From NCBI GenBank assembly GCA_963666345.1, contig OY762721.1, positions 4,000,001 to 4,064,000 on the forward strand: DNA of 64,000 nucleotides, written 5' to 3'. Positions 28,614 through 40,411 of this stretch are shown one piece after another. Source of the stretch: Desulfatiglandales bacterium. Its GTDB lineage: Bacteria > Desulfobacterota > DSM-4660 > Desulfatiglandales > Desulfatiglandaceae. The notes under the pieces are model-generated. The model was not told the origin of the DNA and ran no database searches. It saw only the letters and a list, made by a program, of their open reading frames with translations. How positions within the stretch are numbered: the stretch's first letter is position 1; each line of letters opens with the position of its first letter. The position numbers and the translations under genes are program-made.

Positions 28614-29291
28614 TTAATTACTGCCGCCTTCCTGTCTCAGATCTACCCCGGGAGGAGCTACAAACCTGAAAAATCCCGGATCAAGGGCTTTCTTTTCTTC
28701 CACGCCGCCCAGCTGAAAGTGGGTGATGCCTCCAAGCGAATTATAGATCTTGACCTGTCTGATATCGAAACAGTGCCCTACTGTTATCCTTATATGATCT
28801 ATTTCCTGCCATGGCGGATCGGGCACCAGTCTTATGATATCTTCGTCCTGTTTCGACTGTTCCAGCAGCTCGATCTTGAAATCGGCCCTGTTATCTGAAA
28901 GCCCGGTGAAAATGCTGCTCAACAGTCTGAGCTCTTTTCCGAATTCCTCTACAGGATATCTGTAAGCGATCTTTTCCGAAGGGATATACCACCATAAGGT
29001 ATCACCATCCGTGAAAATGGTCTCTTTACGGGGCTTGTGCTGCTCCAGTTTCAGAAAATAGGGGGGCTTGAGAAAAATCGTGCCTGTTGCAAGATCACCC
29101 CTTGCCTGTTCTCCCAACATCGACATGGTCCTGGTTATTACCTCTCTGGTGTATTTTACGGCAATGCCGTCAAGATGACCATATCTTGCCCTGATGCCCT
29201 CCACGATAGGGTCAACATCCCGGGCCGCACAGGGAGATATATTGAAGCAAAATAATAACAATATCAAGTAACATAATTGTTTTATCGGCAA
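28614..29291 (-). CDS. lolA: Outer-membrane lipoprotein carrier LolA family
   Basis: Signal peptide, GTIFLKPPY, TDGDTLWWY, FRFVAPPGVD; directly downstream of ftsK. Confidence 0.8.
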   Translation of the reverse strand: MPIKQLCYLILLLFCFNISPCAARDVDPIVEGIRARYGHLDGIAVKYTREVITRTMSMLGEQARGDLATGTIFLKPPYFLKLEQHKPRKETIFTDGDTLWWYIPSEKIAYRYPVEEFGKELRLLSSIFTGLSDNRADFKIELLEQSKQDEDIIRLVPDPPWQEIDHIRITVGHCFDIRQVKIYNSLGGITHFQLGGVEEKKALDPGFFRFVAPPGVDLRQEGGSN

Positions 29292-29292
29292 A

Positions 29293-31482
29293 TCACAAAT
29301 CCTCTCTTCTGATTACTTCACGGGGGCGCACCCCGTCTGACGGGCCGACTATACCCTGCCTTTCCATCGCCTCTATCATCCTGGCCGCACGGTTATATCC
29401 CACCCTCAGCTTTCTTTGAAGCATTGAAATAGATGCCTGGCCGGTCTTGAACACCACTTCCACGGCCAGGTCGTATTTTTCATCCAGTTCCGCATCCTCT
29501 TCCGCCGCCTGTTCATCTTTTTCCATCTCTGAAAGAATGGTTTCGTCATATACGGGCTTTTTCTGGCTTCTCAGGAAATCGCATACTTCCTTTATCTCTT
29601 CCTCCGATACGTAGGCCCCATGGATTCTGGTTATGCGGCTGACGCCCGGCGGCATAAACAGCATGTCCCCGTCTCCGAGAAGGTGTTCCGCACCCGATGT
29701 ATCAAGGATGGTCCTGGAGTCTACCTTGGATGAGACCTGAAAGGATATCCTTGTAGGGAAGTTTGCCTTTATTATACCGGTAAGGATGTCGACCGAGGGC
29801 CTTTGCGTGGCTATAATAAGGTGTATCCCGGCCGCTCTTGCCATCTGGGCCAGCCTGGTAATCCCCTCTTCAACCTCCCTTGAGGAGGCCATCATGAGAT
29901 CTGCGAGTTCATCGATTATGATTATTATGTAGGGCAGGGTGGCGCTTTTATCTTCCGTCCCGGTTGACCCGGTCTCTTTAAGCACCTTGCGGTTATAGCT
30001 GTCTATGTTCCTGACTCCCCTGTCCGACAAAAGCATGTAACGCCTTTCCATCTCCTGAACCGCCCATCTGAGGGCCTTGGTCGCATCCTTCGGCTGAGTT
30101 ACAACGGGATGAAGAAGCTGTGGAATATCATGGTAGATGGAAAGTTCGATCCTCTTTGGATCAATCATGAGAAATTTGACAATGTCGGGCGAGACCTTGA
30201 AAAGGAGACTCTGAATCATGGTGTTAATGGACACGCTTTTGCCTGCACCAGTTGCGCCTGCAACAAGGAGATGTGGCATCTTTGAAAGATCTGCGATTAC
30301 CGGAGTGCCGACTATGTCCTTTCCAAGGGCAATGGGCAGTTTGCTTTTTGTAGCCCTGTAATCATCGCTTGAGATGACTTCCTTGAGATATACGGTTTCT
30401 CTCTTGTTGTTGGGTATTTCAATGCCTATGGCCGCCTTCCCTGGAATCGGGGCCACTATCCTGATGCTTTGAGCCCTCAGGGTAAGGGCGAGGTCGTCCG
30501 CCAGACCTGCGACCTTGCTTATCTTTACACCTGCTGCAGGCTTGAATTCATACATGGTGATGACCGGTCCAGGAAGGATCTCCATGACCTCTCCTTGGAC
30601 ACCGAAATCAAGGAGCTTTTTTTCAAGACGCCTCGCGTTCATCTCAAGGCTTTCCTTGTGAACAGCCGAATTTTCTCCCTCAGGGGGGTCGTTTAACAGG
30701 TCGACAGATGGAAGCCTGAATTCTCCTTCAACATTCATAAAGGAAAACGCCTCCTGTTCCGGCTTTTTTTCCGGTTTGGGAGGTGTTTTTACTATGGTCA
30801 CCTTGGGCTTTGATTTGATCTTGTGGCGGGCCACCTGAGTCTTTTGTGCCCTCTTTTTGCGCTCTTTTCTCTTTGTGTTTATATCTCTTATCCGCCTGAA
30901 AAAGGCCATGAGCCAGTTTGCCATATTTGTGATTATCCAGCCGAGAGAAAGACGCGTCACGATCATAAGTGATATGAGAAATATCGTAAAGACAAGCACG
31001 TTGGCGCCGAAGCAGTTGAGGAAGCCTTTTGTAAGCCCGGCCAGGTGAATTCCCACGAGGCCCCCGGCTTCGATAAATCCAGCCCTGAAGGCAATTTTGT
31101 CGGGCAGTTGCAGGCTCAGCAGCGTGGAAAAGGAGACTATCAAAATGACAGAGGCGATGACCGTGATGACAGGTGATATAAAAGGCCTGCCTTTGAATGA
31201 GAGAAAGGACATTGCAAGCAGGATGATGACAAGCCAGAAAGAGGAGATGCCTATCAGCCCGGTGACGGCGCCTGACAGATGAGACCCGACTGTCCCAAAG
31301 AGGTTGCCGGCGTTTCCAACGCTGCCGGTTATATTCCAGAAAAGTTTGTCTGCAGGGTCAAAAGAAAGAAGGCTGCCCCCGAGTATAAGAGACAGAAGAA
31401 GGAGTATGATTCCCCTTATCTCCTTTCTTATGGGATGGGCGGGCAGCTCTTTTTCAGCCTTTTTTTTGGATTTGCGGCTCAT
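29293..31482 (-). CDS. ftsK: DNA translocase FtsK
   Basis: N-terminal TMs, PHLLVAGATGAGKS, IDELADLM, ATQRPSVD, gamma domain LQRKLRVGYNRAAR. Confidence 0.97.
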   Translation of the reverse strand: MSRKSKKKAEKELPAHPIRKEIRGIILLLLSLILGGSLLSFDPADKLFWNITGSVGNAGNLFGTVGSHLSGAVTGLIGISSFWLVIILLAMSFLSFKGRPFISPVITVIASVILIVSFSTLLSLQLPDKIAFRAGFIEAGGLVGIHLAGLTKGFLNCFGANVLVFTIFLISLMIVTRLSLGWIITNMANWLMAFFRRIRDINTKRKERKKRAQKTQVARHKIKSKPKVTIVKTPPKPEKKPEQEAFSFMNVEGEFRLPSVDLLNDPPEGENSAVHKESLEMNARRLEKKLLDFGVQGEVMEILPGPVITMYEFKPAAGVKISKVAGLADDLALTLRAQSIRIVAPIPGKAAIGIEIPNNKRETVYLKEVISSDDYRATKSKLPIALGKDIVGTPVIADLSKMPHLLVAGATGAGKSVSINTMIQSLLFKVSPDIVKFLMIDPKRIELSIYHDIPQLLHPVVTQPKDATKALRWAVQEMERRYMLLSDRGVRNIDSYNRKVLKETGSTGTEDKSATLPYIIIIIDELADLMMASSREVEEGITRLAQMARAAGIHLIIATQRPSVDILTGIIKANFPTRISFQVSSKVDSRTILDTSGAEHLLGDGDMLFMPPGVSRITRIHGAYVSEEEIKEVCDFLRSQKKPVYDETILSEMEKDEQAAEEDAELDEKYDLAVEVVFKTGQASISMLQRKLRVGYNRAARMIEAMERQGIVGPSDGVRPREVIRREDL

Positions 31483-31579
31483 TTAATTCACCCCTGACGG
31501 AAATTTTCCGGAATTGTGTCTCAAAAGCAAAAGCATTATGTATAAACCTGTTAAAAGAATATTTCAATAGGATGGTTGT

Positions 31580-33229
31580 CTAAACAGGTATGATAATAGG
31601 AACGATAACAGGCCTTCTTTCGATCACTGAATAAAAGAACCTTTTGAGCCTTTTTTTGATTTCAGGTCCGAGTTTCTCAAGATCAATAGGCGAGGGCCTT
31701 TCAAGTTCGTCAAGGATTTCAAGGACAATACATTTGGAGTCTTCCAGGAAAAAATCGCCCTGACCTTCGAAAACAAACCCCCTGGATATTATTTCGGGCC
31801 CATAGACGGTATCACCTGTTTGTTCATCCACCGCCAGCAGAACTATTACCATGCCGTGTGCGCTCAGTTTCCTCCTGTCTCTAAGGACCATGTCCCCCAT
31901 GTTACCTACCCCTTTGCCGTCAACAAGTATCCTCCCGGTTTCAACCGATCCCTGTATGCCGGCATGGTCCTTTTCAAAGAGGATCACATCTCCATCCTCG
32001 GCAACGATCACTCGATTATCCGGAATGCCCATGTCCTTGGCCAGTTGGGCATGTTTGACAAGGTGTCTGTATTCTCCATGGATCGGAATGAAATAAGCCG
32101 GTTTGACTAGGCTCAGCATCAACTTGAGTTCTTCCCTTTTGGCATGGCCTGAAGTATGGATATCTGATACCTTTTCATAGATCACATCTGCACCCATGCG
32201 GTAGAGGTCGTTTATTACAGAGGTTATCGCTTTCTCGTTACCGGGAATGAATCTTGATGAAAGGATTATGGTATCCCCTTTCCTGATCTGAATGCTTTTA
32301 TGCTTTTTCCGGGCCATTCTTGTGAGGGCGGACATGGGTTCTCCCTGACTGCCTGTGGTTATGATGGCGATCTGATCGTCAGGGAACTCTCCTATGCGGC
32401 GTTCTTTGATCTCCAGGTCTTGAGGCATTTTTATGTAGCCGTGCTGCCGGGCGATATCTATATTGGTTATCATGCTTTTCCCGTTGAAAACGACCTTTCT
32501 GCCCGATTTCATGGAAAGATTTATAACCTGCTGAATCCTGGAAATATTGGAGGCAAAGCTGGCAATAATTATGCGACCCCCGCATTTTTTGAATATCTCC
32601 TCGATGGTTGCCATAACCTCTTTTTCGCTGAGAGTGAAGCCCTCTTTTTCCACGTTAGTGGAGTCTGAAAAAAGGGCCAGGACACCCTTTTCTCCATAAT
32701 GAGCAAAACGTATGAGGTCCGTGGGATGGCCGTCGACAGGAGTCGGATCGATCTTGAAGTCTCCCGAGTGCACAAGGGTTCCCATAGGTGTCTTGATCGC
32801 AAGACCAACGCCGTCGACTATACTGTGGTTTACACTTATGTATTCTATGTTAAAGGGCCCCAGCCGTGTCGACTCCCTCGGGTGTACCGTGTGAAGCTCG
32901 GCTTTTTCCTCAAGGTGGTATTCTTTCAGTTTTTCATTTAAAAGAGCTAGGGTGAACGGGGTCCCATATACAGGTATGGAAAACTCTTTAAGGACAAAAG
33001 GTACGGCTCCTATGTGGTCTTCATGGCCGTGAGTCAGGATCAAGGCTTTTACATCCTTTTTTCGTTTCCTTAGATAGGAATAGTCAGGTATGACAATGTC
33101 TACCCCCGGCATAAAATCTTCAGGGAACATAAGCCCTGAATCTATAACGACGATGTGATTTCCATATTCCAGGGCCATCATGTTGAGGCCGATCTCTCCA
33201 AGCCCTCCCAAGGGTATAACCTTCAGCAT
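31580..33229 (-). CDS. rnj: Ribonuclease J
   Basis: PLGGLGEIGLNM, THGHEDHIG, TGSQGEP, HTSGHA, PIHGEYRH. Confidence 0.97.
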   Translation of the reverse strand: MLKVIPLGGLGEIGLNMMALEYGNHIVVIDSGLMFPEDFMPGVDIVIPDYSYLRKRKKDVKALILTHGHEDHIGAVPFVLKEFSIPVYGTPFTLALLNEKLKEYHLEEKAELHTVHPRESTRLGPFNIEYISVNHSIVDGVGLAIKTPMGTLVHSGDFKIDPTPVDGHPTDLIRFAHYGEKGVLALFSDSTNVEKEGFTLSEKEVMATIEEIFKKCGGRIIIASFASNISRIQQVINLSMKSGRKVVFNGKSMITNIDIARQHGYIKMPQDLEIKERRIGEFPDDQIAIITTGSQGEPMSALTRMARKKHKSIQIRKGDTIILSSRFIPGNEKAITSVINDLYRMGADVIYEKVSDIHTSGHAKREELKLMLSLVKPAYFIPIHGEYRHLVKHAQLAKDMGIPDNRVIVAEDGDVILFEKDHAGIQGSVETGRILVDGKGVGNMGDMVLRDRRKLSAHGMVIVLLAVDEQTGDTVYGPEIISRGFVFEGQGDFFLEDSKCIVLEILDELERPSPIDLEKLGPEIKKRLKRFFYSVIERRPVIVPIIIPV

Positions 33230-33665
33230 TTGTAATCCTTTGCAGTTCAAGTTTCCATGGCACCGCCTTGAAAGACAGTATAAACCATTAAAAACATTAA
33301 AAATACTTAATTTTAAATAAAAAAACCAGTCTAACCTTTTAACCCCTGGCAGTCAATAAGTAATAGCCGGGACTGTGAGCCGGCAAAGGGGTATCCGCAG
33401 ACCCGGGAGCAGGTGCCGTTCTTTGATCATTGTTGCCCCTGCTCCACTTACAGGTCCTCAGGGCCGGGATTCTTTACCGAGTGGTGGATTTCGGGTCACC
33501 TGTCTTGATTTTAAGGAATCTCCTGTGATAGGCTTGCAAAATCCGGAGCGGTTTCGGGTCATAAATATTCCGGTAATGGAATCCAAGAATGCGGCCGAGC
33601 GAAGATCTCATAAGGGTTAGGTCAAATATCATATCTTTTCGGCAAACAGATAAGGAGGAATTTCA

Positions 33666-34085
33666 ATGGCAGGGATAAACAAGGCTATATTAGTAGGAAA
33701 TCTGGGAAGGGATCCTGAAGTAAGATATACCCCAAGCGGAGTAGCCGTGGCGTCTTTTTCCATCGCCACAAGTGATGAGTGGAAGGACAAAGACACCGGG
33801 GAGAAAAAGGAACGAACCGAATGGCATCGTATAGTGGCATGGAGAAGACTTGGCGAGATCTGCGGAGAATATCTCAAGAAGGGCAGCCAGGTCTACATTG
33901 AGGGAAAGATCCAGACACGCTCATGGGAAGATCGTGACGGCAATCAACGTTACACAACCGAAATTATAGCCCAGACCATGCAGATGCTGGGGTCTGCGGG
34001 CAGGCAGGGAAGGGCGGAATCCCCGGGTGAACGGTTCCCTGTTGAAGAACCTATCACGGTGCCTGATGATGATATCCCATTTTGA
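33666..34085 (+). CDS. ssb: Single-stranded DNA-binding protein
   Basis: [22 protein letters not shown]-terminal DDDIPF. Confidence 0.97.
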   Translation: MAGINKAILVGNLGRDPEVRYTPSGVAVASFSIATSDEWKDKDTGEKKERTEWHRIVAWRRLGEICGEYLKKGSQVYIEGKIQTRSWEDRDGNQRYTTEIIAQTMQMLGSAGRQGRAESPGERFPVEEPITVPDDDIPF

Positions 34086-34134
34086 TTAACAGAGTCGATT
34101 AATTATACCATTAAAAAAAGCGATGAAAAAGCAA

Positions 34135-34335
34135 CTACTCCAGATCTTTTTTTTCGGTAGTTTCTTTTGTTTCGGCTGGTTTGTCTATTTCATCGACAGG
34201 CTCGCTTGTCGCCTTTTTAAAGTTTTTTATCCCTTTACCTATTCCGCTTCCTATCTCGGGCAGTTTTCCGGCTCCGAAGATTATAAGGATAATTATCATT
34301 ATGATAATCAATTCCGGCATACCTATACCAAACAT
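34135..34335 (-). CDS. tatA: Twin-arginine translocase TatA
   Basis: MFGIGMPEL...[23 protein letters not shown]. Confidence 0.95.
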   Translation of the reverse strand: MFGIGMPELIIIMIIILIIFGAGKLPEIGSGIGKGIKNFKKATSEPVDEIDKPAETKETTEKKDLE

Positions 34336-34465
34336 TAAAATTCCTCCAAATCTTATCCCGTCACGCACAATATTTGACGGGAAGCCGATAGCTCGGCTTT
34401 ATGGTTGAATAAAGAAAGGAAACTGTCGTCCCATATCTAACTGGAGACTTATTTACAGAGCGTGG

Positions 34466-34852
34466 CTAAATGTCAAGTTCTTTGTTCAAATGCTTGTATT
34501 CTTTTGAATTTCTCAAATCATTCAAGGCCTTCTGGTATTCAAGCCAGCAGGACCAGAGCCTGCTCCAGGCATCCGTGTGCCAAAAAAGGGCCTTGTCCAT
34601 TTTACTGCTTTTTCTTTTAAGAAAGTCCTCAAATTCCATCCTGCAGGTTGAACAGAGGTAGAAACCCGGAAAGCTATTTCTTTGTTCCTTGTCCTGCGCC
34701 TCAATATGAAGGCCACACATGGCGCATTTGAACCGGCAGGATGAGCATTGAACCACCCTCCGGAGGGTTTCAATCCTGTTTTGAAAATCCTTTTTCTGTT
34801 GCTCCTTTTTTTTGCCTTCAAGTATGTTGGTTATGTTCAGGACCTTTTGCAT
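34466..34852 (-). CDS. Hypothetical Cys-rich protein
   Basis: CSSC, CAMC, CSTC motifs. Confidence 0.75.
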   Translation of the reverse strand: MQKVLNITNILEGKKKEQQKKDFQNRIETLRRVVQCSSCRFKCAMCGLHIEAQDKEQRNSFPGFYLCSTCRMEFEDFLKRKSSKMDKALFWHTDAWSRLWSCWLEYQKALNDLRNSKEYKHLNKELDI

Positions 34853-35020
34853 GACGGGTTCCTTTTTCCGTTTTAAAAAACTTGCAAAAATAGCAACTTA
34901 TAGCACCATTACGATGATAGCACCAGGGACGAAATGAGTCAAGCAGGTGGGTCTAGGGCTCACATCCCTGATGAAACTCCAATGAGTCATTTTTCCCGTT
35001 TCACCGGGGCCTTTACCCGC

Positions 35021-35896
35021 TCAGAGCTTTTTCATTACCTCCTTTACGGTTTCGCCCAGTCTGGAAAGGTCAAGAGCTACCCGAATGCCCGCGGATTGCA
35101 GTGCCTCTATCTTGTCCGCAGCGTTTCCCTTGCCCCCTGATATTATGGCCCCGGCATGTCCCATTCTTCTGCCCGGAGGTGCTGTCTGGCCTGCTATGAA
35201 GGCGGTGACAGGTTTGGAAAGGTTGTCCTTTATATACTCGGCTGCTTCCTCTTCCGCGTTTCCTCCTATCTCCCCGATAAGAACGACGCCGTCCGTTTCG
35301 CGATCCTGTTCAAACCTTTTGAGATGATCTATGAAGGTCGTACCCACAATGGGGTCCCCTCCTATGCCGATACAGGTGGACTGGCCGAATCCGGCCCCTG
35401 TCAATTGATAGACAACCTCGTAGGTGAGGGTCCCGCTCCTTGAAATTACCCCGATGCCGCCCCTGCGGTGGATCTGGGCCGGCATTATCCCTATCTTGGT
35501 CTTGCCCGGTGAGATTATCCCGGGACAATTGGGGCCGATAAGTACAACCCCCTTTTCTTTAAGCAGGGCCGATACCTTTACCATGTCAAGTACGGGTATC
35601 CCTTCGGTGATGCATACAATTACCTTTATGCCTGCAGTTGCGGCCTCCAGTATGGCGTCCGCCGCAAAGGGAGGAGGCACAAATATGCAGGATACATTTA
35701 CGCCCTGCCTTTCCACCGCCTCTTTTACCGTGTTAAATACCGGGATGCCCTCAAAGTCCTGCCCCCCCCTGCCGGGGGTTACCCCCGCCGGTATCACCGT
35801 GCCGTAGGCAAGCATCTGTTTGGTGTGAAAGGCGCCTTCTCTTCCAGTTATGCCTTGTACAACCAGCCTGCTGTTTTCATCAACAAGTATGCTCAT
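35021..35896 (-). CDS. sucD: Succinyl-CoA synthetase alpha subunit
   Basis: [29 protein letters not shown]. Confidence 0.97.
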   Translation of the reverse strand: MSILVDENSRLVVQGITGREGAFHTKQMLAYGTVIPAGVTPGRGGQDFEGIPVFNTVKEAVERQGVNVSCIFVPPPFAADAILEAATAGIKVIVCITEGIPVLDMVKVSALLKEKGVVLIGPNCPGIISPGKTKIGIMPAQIHRRGGIGVISRSGTLTYEVVYQLTGAGFGQSTCIGIGGDPIVGTTFIDHLKRFEQDRETDGVVLIGEIGGNAEEEAAEYIKDNLSKPVTAFIAGQTAPPGRRMGHAGAIISGGKGNAADKIEALQSAGIRVALDLSRLGETVKEVMKKL

Positions 35897-35907
35897 AATA
35901 ACCCGTG

Positions 35908-37074
35908 TCAGGACACCTGCCCTGCAACAAGCTCGGCTGCATGGCCCAGGTCCTTTGCAACTAGAAATTTCAGTTCAGAGGACTCAAGAATCCTTCTTCC
36001 CTCATCCACATTGGTTCCTTCAAGTCTGACAATAAGGGGTACGGCTATTTCAGTCTTTCTTGCTGCTTCAAGCACCCCTCTTGCAAGCACGTCACACCTG
36101 AGTATGCCCCCGAATATGTTTATCAGTATGGCCTTGACCCTTTTGTCCATAAGGATTATCTCAAGCGCCCTTGTAATCATCTCCTCGCTTGCACCGCCGC
36201 CCACATCAAGAAAATTGGCAGGCTCGGCCCCGGCCGACTTTATGACATCCATTGTGGCCATCGCAAGGCCCGCGCCGTTTACCATGGCCCCGATATTACC
36301 GTCCAGATGTATGTAATTCAGGTTATGATCCTCTGCAATTACCTCAAGCGGGTCCTTCTCACGCTTGTCGTAGAGGGCGGCAAGCCCCTTTTGCCTGAAA
36401 AGCGCGTTGTCGTCTATGGTGATTTTGGCATCAAGTGCCATTACCTGGCCGCTGCCTGTTATAACCAGAGGGTTTATCTCGGCAAGTGAGCAGTCATTTT
36501 CAATGAAAAGGTCATACAGCCTTTTTGTAACGGCAGTAAGGTTTTTGATCGCCTCTTTTGACGGCAACCTCTCCATCGAGTATATGAGATTCCTGGCCAT
36601 ATAGGGCATCCACCCCGATTCCGGGTGAATGTATTGCTTGGTGATGAGCTGCGGTGTCTTTTCCGCGACCTCCTCGATCTCCATGCCGCCTGCGGCACTG
36701 AATACCATCGCAGGCGCTCCTTGAGATCTGTCAACCAGCATTGCAAGATAGAGCTCATTTGCGATATCAATGCCTTGTTCAAGGAGCACCTGATTTACAA
36801 TACAGCCCTTTTCACCTGTCTGTTTCGTGACAAGCCTTTTTCCCAGAAGCCCCTCTACCGCCTCCTTTACCTCCCGCCTTGATGAGGCAAGTATTACTCC
36901 CCCACCCTTACCCCTTCCGCCGGAGTGAACCTGAGCCTTTATGACCCAGGGGGGCCCCTTGAGGAGTGAAGCCTTTTCCACAGCCTGATCCGGATCGGTA
37001 ATTACCACCCCTTCAGGGACGGGGATGTCATATTTTTTTAATAGGGCCTTGGCCTGGTATTCGTGAAGTTTCAT
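35908..37074 (-). CDS. sucC: Succinyl-CoA synthetase beta subunit
   Basis: [44 protein letters not shown]. Confidence 0.97.
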   Translation of the reverse strand: MKLHEYQAKALLKKYDIPVPEGVVITDPDQAVEKASLLKGPPWVIKAQVHSGGRGKGGGVILASSRREVKEAVEGLLGKRLVTKQTGEKGCIVNQVLLEQGIDIANELYLAMLVDRSQGAPAMVFSAAGGMEIEEVAEKTPQLITKQYIHPESGWMPYMARNLIYSMERLPSKEAIKNLTAVTKRLYDLFIENDCSLAEINPLVITGSGQVMALDAKITIDDNALFRQKGLAALYDKREKDPLEVIAEDHNLNYIHLDGNIGAMVNGAGLAMATMDVIKSAGAEPANFLDVGGGASEEMITRALEIILMDKRVKAILINIFGGILRCDVLARGVLEAARKTEIAVPLIVRLEGTNVDEGRRILESSELKFLVAKDLGHAAELVAGQVS

Positions 37075-37150
37075 TCGACTGTCGCTCCGGTTCCCCCTTG
37101 TCTTGCCGGACCTGTTGCCCGGTTTAGAATCGGGGTGTAGGTTCTTCGTG

Positions 37151-37342
37151 TCAACGATTCCGTCCTGTCCTGTCTTTTACGGATTGCCTGATTTTTTTTC
37201 TGATCAAAAGATAGCCTGCTACGACAGATATTATCCCCGCAATAAAAACGGGGTTGTTCTGCCTGGCCATCCCGAATATGACCGCCGCCACGCCGCTTAT
37301 GCATAAAAGAAGAATAATGTGTCTTTCCTTTTTCATGTCCAC
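37151..37342 (-). CDS. Small two-TM membrane protein
   Basis: Two hydrophobic segments and a basic tail. Confidence 0.6.
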   Translation of the reverse strand: MDMKKERHIILLLCISGVAAVIFGMARQNNPVFIAGIISVVAGYLLIRKKIRQSVKDRTGRNR

Positions 37343-37431
37343 CTGAAGAAGGCTGTCTGTTTTGAGGGACCAGGAGAAAACTTGTCGGAATTATCTTTAT
37401 ATCGGGATCAGAAAGGAGGTTTGCTCCCTTA

Positions 37432-37980
37432 TTATGATGAATGGTTTTTGAAGACTTGATCCCTGTAATAGACGAGTTCTTCTATCGACTCTTTTATATC
37501 GTTTAAGGCCAAATGGGAGTTTTCCTTTTCAAAGATTTCCAGATCCGGATACCAGAGCCTGACCAGTTCTTTTAGAGTGCTTACATCGATATTTCTGTAA
37601 TGAAGGAATGCCTCAAGGGTAGGCATATATTTGATCAGAAATCTTCGATCCTGCCAAACCGAGTTGCCGCAGAGCGGACTTTCCCCCTGCCGACAGTGAC
37701 GGGAAAGGAATTCAAGGGTCTCGGCCTCGGCAGTCCTGCAATCATAAACAGAATTTTCCACCCTCTCCATGAGGCCGGATGACCGGTGGTGGTTAAGGCT
37801 CCATTCATCTATGGTGGCAAGTGCCTCAGCAGGATAATTTATGGGAATCACGGGACCTTGATCAATAATATTGATCTGGCCGTCTGTCACTATAGACGCT
37901 ATCTCAATGACTACATGAGTTTCAGGATCGAGTCCTGTCATCTCAAGATCGATCCATACCAAGCGTTTGTCGTCCGACAC
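37432..37980 (-). CDS. orn: Oligoribonuclease
   Basis: LVWIDLEMTGLDP, LCGNSVWQDRRFL, HYRNIDVSTLKEL, HLALNDIKESIEEL. Confidence 0.95.
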   Translation of the reverse strand: MSDDKRLVWIDLEMTGLDPETHVVIEIASIVTDGQINIIDQGPVIPINYPAEALATIDEWSLNHHRSSGLMERVENSVYDCRTAEAETLEFLSRHCRQGESPLCGNSVWQDRRFLIKYMPTLEAFLHYRNIDVSTLKELVRLWYPDLEIFEKENSHLALNDIKESIEELVYYRDQVFKNHSS

Positions 37981-38480
37981 TTTGCCCTCCTAAGTTTTTT
38001 CGGCAACAATAGCATAATTTTATTCTCTTATTCCACTAAAAACCGATCAGGCGGGTTTTAAACGGGGCCCTGTAGTGAGAACCTTAACCGGCAGACCTGA
38101 TGGGGGATACGACGATGTTGCTTTTTTTGCCCCTGATCGATATAGGGGAAGGCACGCCATGATTAGAAAAAGGGAATGCCGAGCTTTTATGCTTGCATTT
38201 CCTTATGTTATCATATATAGAATTACAGATTTCCGGAACCTACTGGAGGGCACCCAGGAAGCCGGTTGCCTTTTTATTTATGATCGGAGAATTCCCGCCC
38301 TCCCCGATTTGTGGCAGGCTCCCGGATAACATAGTCCGGACATTTTTCTTAATGTATATTTTTTTATGGAAATAGAACAGGTTGCCAGGGTATCGTAAGC
38401 ATATTGCGGTTTTTATCTAAATGATTCATGAGGCATCTGAGTAAGTGGATTAATTTTCCTCGGATGCCTTATTTCTTTAA

Positions 38481-40406
38481 ATGGAAAAGAATATGGAAAC
38501 TTATCGTATCGCTGTAAATGATAATCCGTATCAGGAAATGGAAGGAGAAACTCTTTCAGGTCTTGAGGCCCTGAAACATTTAAAGATCAAAAATATCGGC
38601 AATCTTGTCGCCGTAAAGGTAAACGGTGAGAAACGGGATCTTTCCGAGCCGATTGATCATGAGTCATCACTGGAGCCTGTTTATTTGGACTCCAAGGAAG
38701 GCCTTGAGATCTTGAGACACAGCACATCCCATGTCATGGCCATGGCCGTAAGGGAACTTTTCCCCGGGGTCAAGGTTACTATCGGACCGGCCATAGAGGA
38801 TGGCTTTTACTATGACTTCGACTATGAGCGTCCCTTCAAGGAAGAAGACCTTGCCGCAATTGAAGAAAGGATGCAGGAGATAGCAAAGGCGGACCTTCCA
38901 TTTTACAGGAAGGAGCTGTCGAGCAAAGAGGCGATTGATTTTTTTTCAAAGCAAGGTGAAGACTACAAGGTGGAACTGATAGAAGACCTCGGGGCTGAGC
39001 AGGTCTCCCTTTACACCCAGGGCAGCTTCACTGATCTCTGCAGGGGTCCCCATATCCCTTCAACCAGAATGATAAAGGCATTTCGGCTTACAAAGGTCGC
39101 GGGTGCCTACTGGCGGGGAGATGAAAAAAGGGCCATGCTGAGCCGAATATATGGCGTGGCCTTTGCGGACGGCAAAAAGCTCAGGGCGTATCTCAAGAGA
39201 CTTGAAGAGGCCGCTAAGAGGAACCACGCCAAACTGGGACCTCAGCTCGAGCTTTTCAGCACCCATGATGAGATAGGCGCCGGATTTATCGTCTGGCATC
39301 CTAAAGGAACCATGCTTCGTCATACGCTTGAGGAATTCGAGATTCAAGAACACCTGAAGAGGGGGTATGAACTGGTAAGAGGACCGGAGATATTAAAGAC
39401 GGAGCTGTGGAAAAAATCGGGCCATTTTGAAAATTATCGTGAGAATATGTATTTTACCACGATCGACGAGCAGTCTTACGGCATCAAACCCATGAACTGC
39501 CTCGCCCACATGCTCATTTATGCCTCAAAAAGGAGAAGTTACAGAGACCTGCCCAAACGCTATTTCGAACTGGGTACCGTTCACAGGCACGAGAGATCCG
39601 GCGTGCTTCATGGGCTTTTGAGGGTCAGGGAGTTTACCCAGGATGACGCTCACCTCATCTGTACGCCGGGGCAGCTGAACGAAGAGATAAAGGCACTGCT
39701 CAATTTTGTAAAAGACATGATGGAGATATTCGGATTCGATTATGATCTTGAGGTGAGCACAAGACCTTCCAAGAGCATAGGAAGCGACCGGGACTGGGAA
39801 CAGGCCACCCAGGCCCTGATAACCGCGGTCGAGGAAAACGGACTTCCTTACGAGATAAATGAAGGCGACGGGGCCTTTTACGGGCCTAAGATAGACGTAA
39901 AACTAAAGGATGCGCTTGGCAGAAATTGGCAGTGTGCCACGATTCAGTGTGATTTTGCACTTCCCGAACGTTTTGATTTGGTTTATATTGGCAAAGATGG
40001 TGAAAAACATCGGCCTGCCATGCTTCACAGGACCATCCTAGGGGCTATTGAAAGATTTATAGGAATACTTATCGAGCACCATGCGGGAGCCTTCCCGGTT
40101 TGGCTGGCACCTGTTCAGGCCAAGATACTCACCGTAACCGACAGGGGTATCCCCTTTGGCCAAAGGGTCCTGGGGGAGCTTAAGGCGGCTGAAGTAAGAG
40201 TCGAAGGAGATTTCAGGAATGAAAAGCTGGGTCTCAAGGTTAGAGAGGCGCAACTTGAAAAAATTCCTTATATGTTGATAATAGGTGATAAGGAATCAGA
40301 ACAGGAGTGTGTAACTGCAAGGCAGCGAAGCGGGCAAAATCTGCCCTTCATGAAGGTGCAGGAATTTGTTGACCTGATTGGTGATGACTGTAAAAAAAGG
40401 AGGTAA
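38481..40406 (+). CDS. thrS: Threonyl-tRNA synthetase
   Basis: [39 protein letters not shown]. Confidence 0.98.
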   Translation: MEKNMETYRIAVNDNPYQEMEGETLSGLEALKHLKIKNIGNLVAVKVNGEKRDLSEPIDHESSLEPVYLDSKEGLEILRHSTSHVMAMAVRELFPGVKVTIGPAIEDGFYYDFDYERPFKEEDLAAIEERMQEIAKADLPFYRKELSSKEAIDFFSKQGEDYKVELIEDLGAEQVSLYTQGSFTDLCRGPHIPSTRMIKAFRLTKVAGAYWRGDEKRAMLSRIYGVAFADGKKLRAYLKRLEEAAKRNHAKLGPQLELFSTHDEIGAGFIVWHPKGTMLRHTLEEFEIQEHLKRGYELVRGPEILKTELWKKSGHFENYRENMYFTTIDEQSYGIKPMNCLAHMLIYASKRRSYRDLPKRYFELGTVHRHERSGVLHGLLRVREFTQDDAHLICTPGQLNEEIKALLNFVKDMMEIFGFDYDLEVSTRPSKSIGSDRDWEQATQALITAVEENGLPYEINEGDGAFYGPKIDVKLKDALGRNWQCATIQCDFALPERFDLVYIGKDGEKHRPAMLHRTILGAIERFIGILIEHHAGAFPVWLAPVQAKILTVTDRGIPFGQRVLGELKAAEVRVEGDFRNEKLGLKVREAQLEKIPYMLIIGDKESEQECVTARQRSGQNLPFMKVQEFVDLIGDDCKKRR

Positions 40407-40411
40407 GAGCC

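Noticed and set aside
38063..38152. TPP-riboswitch-like words (GGGG...TGAGA...ACCTGAT...AGGGGA)
   Set aside because: CTGAGA core and P2 pairing are imperfect, the spacing is wrong, and no thiamine gene lies downstream
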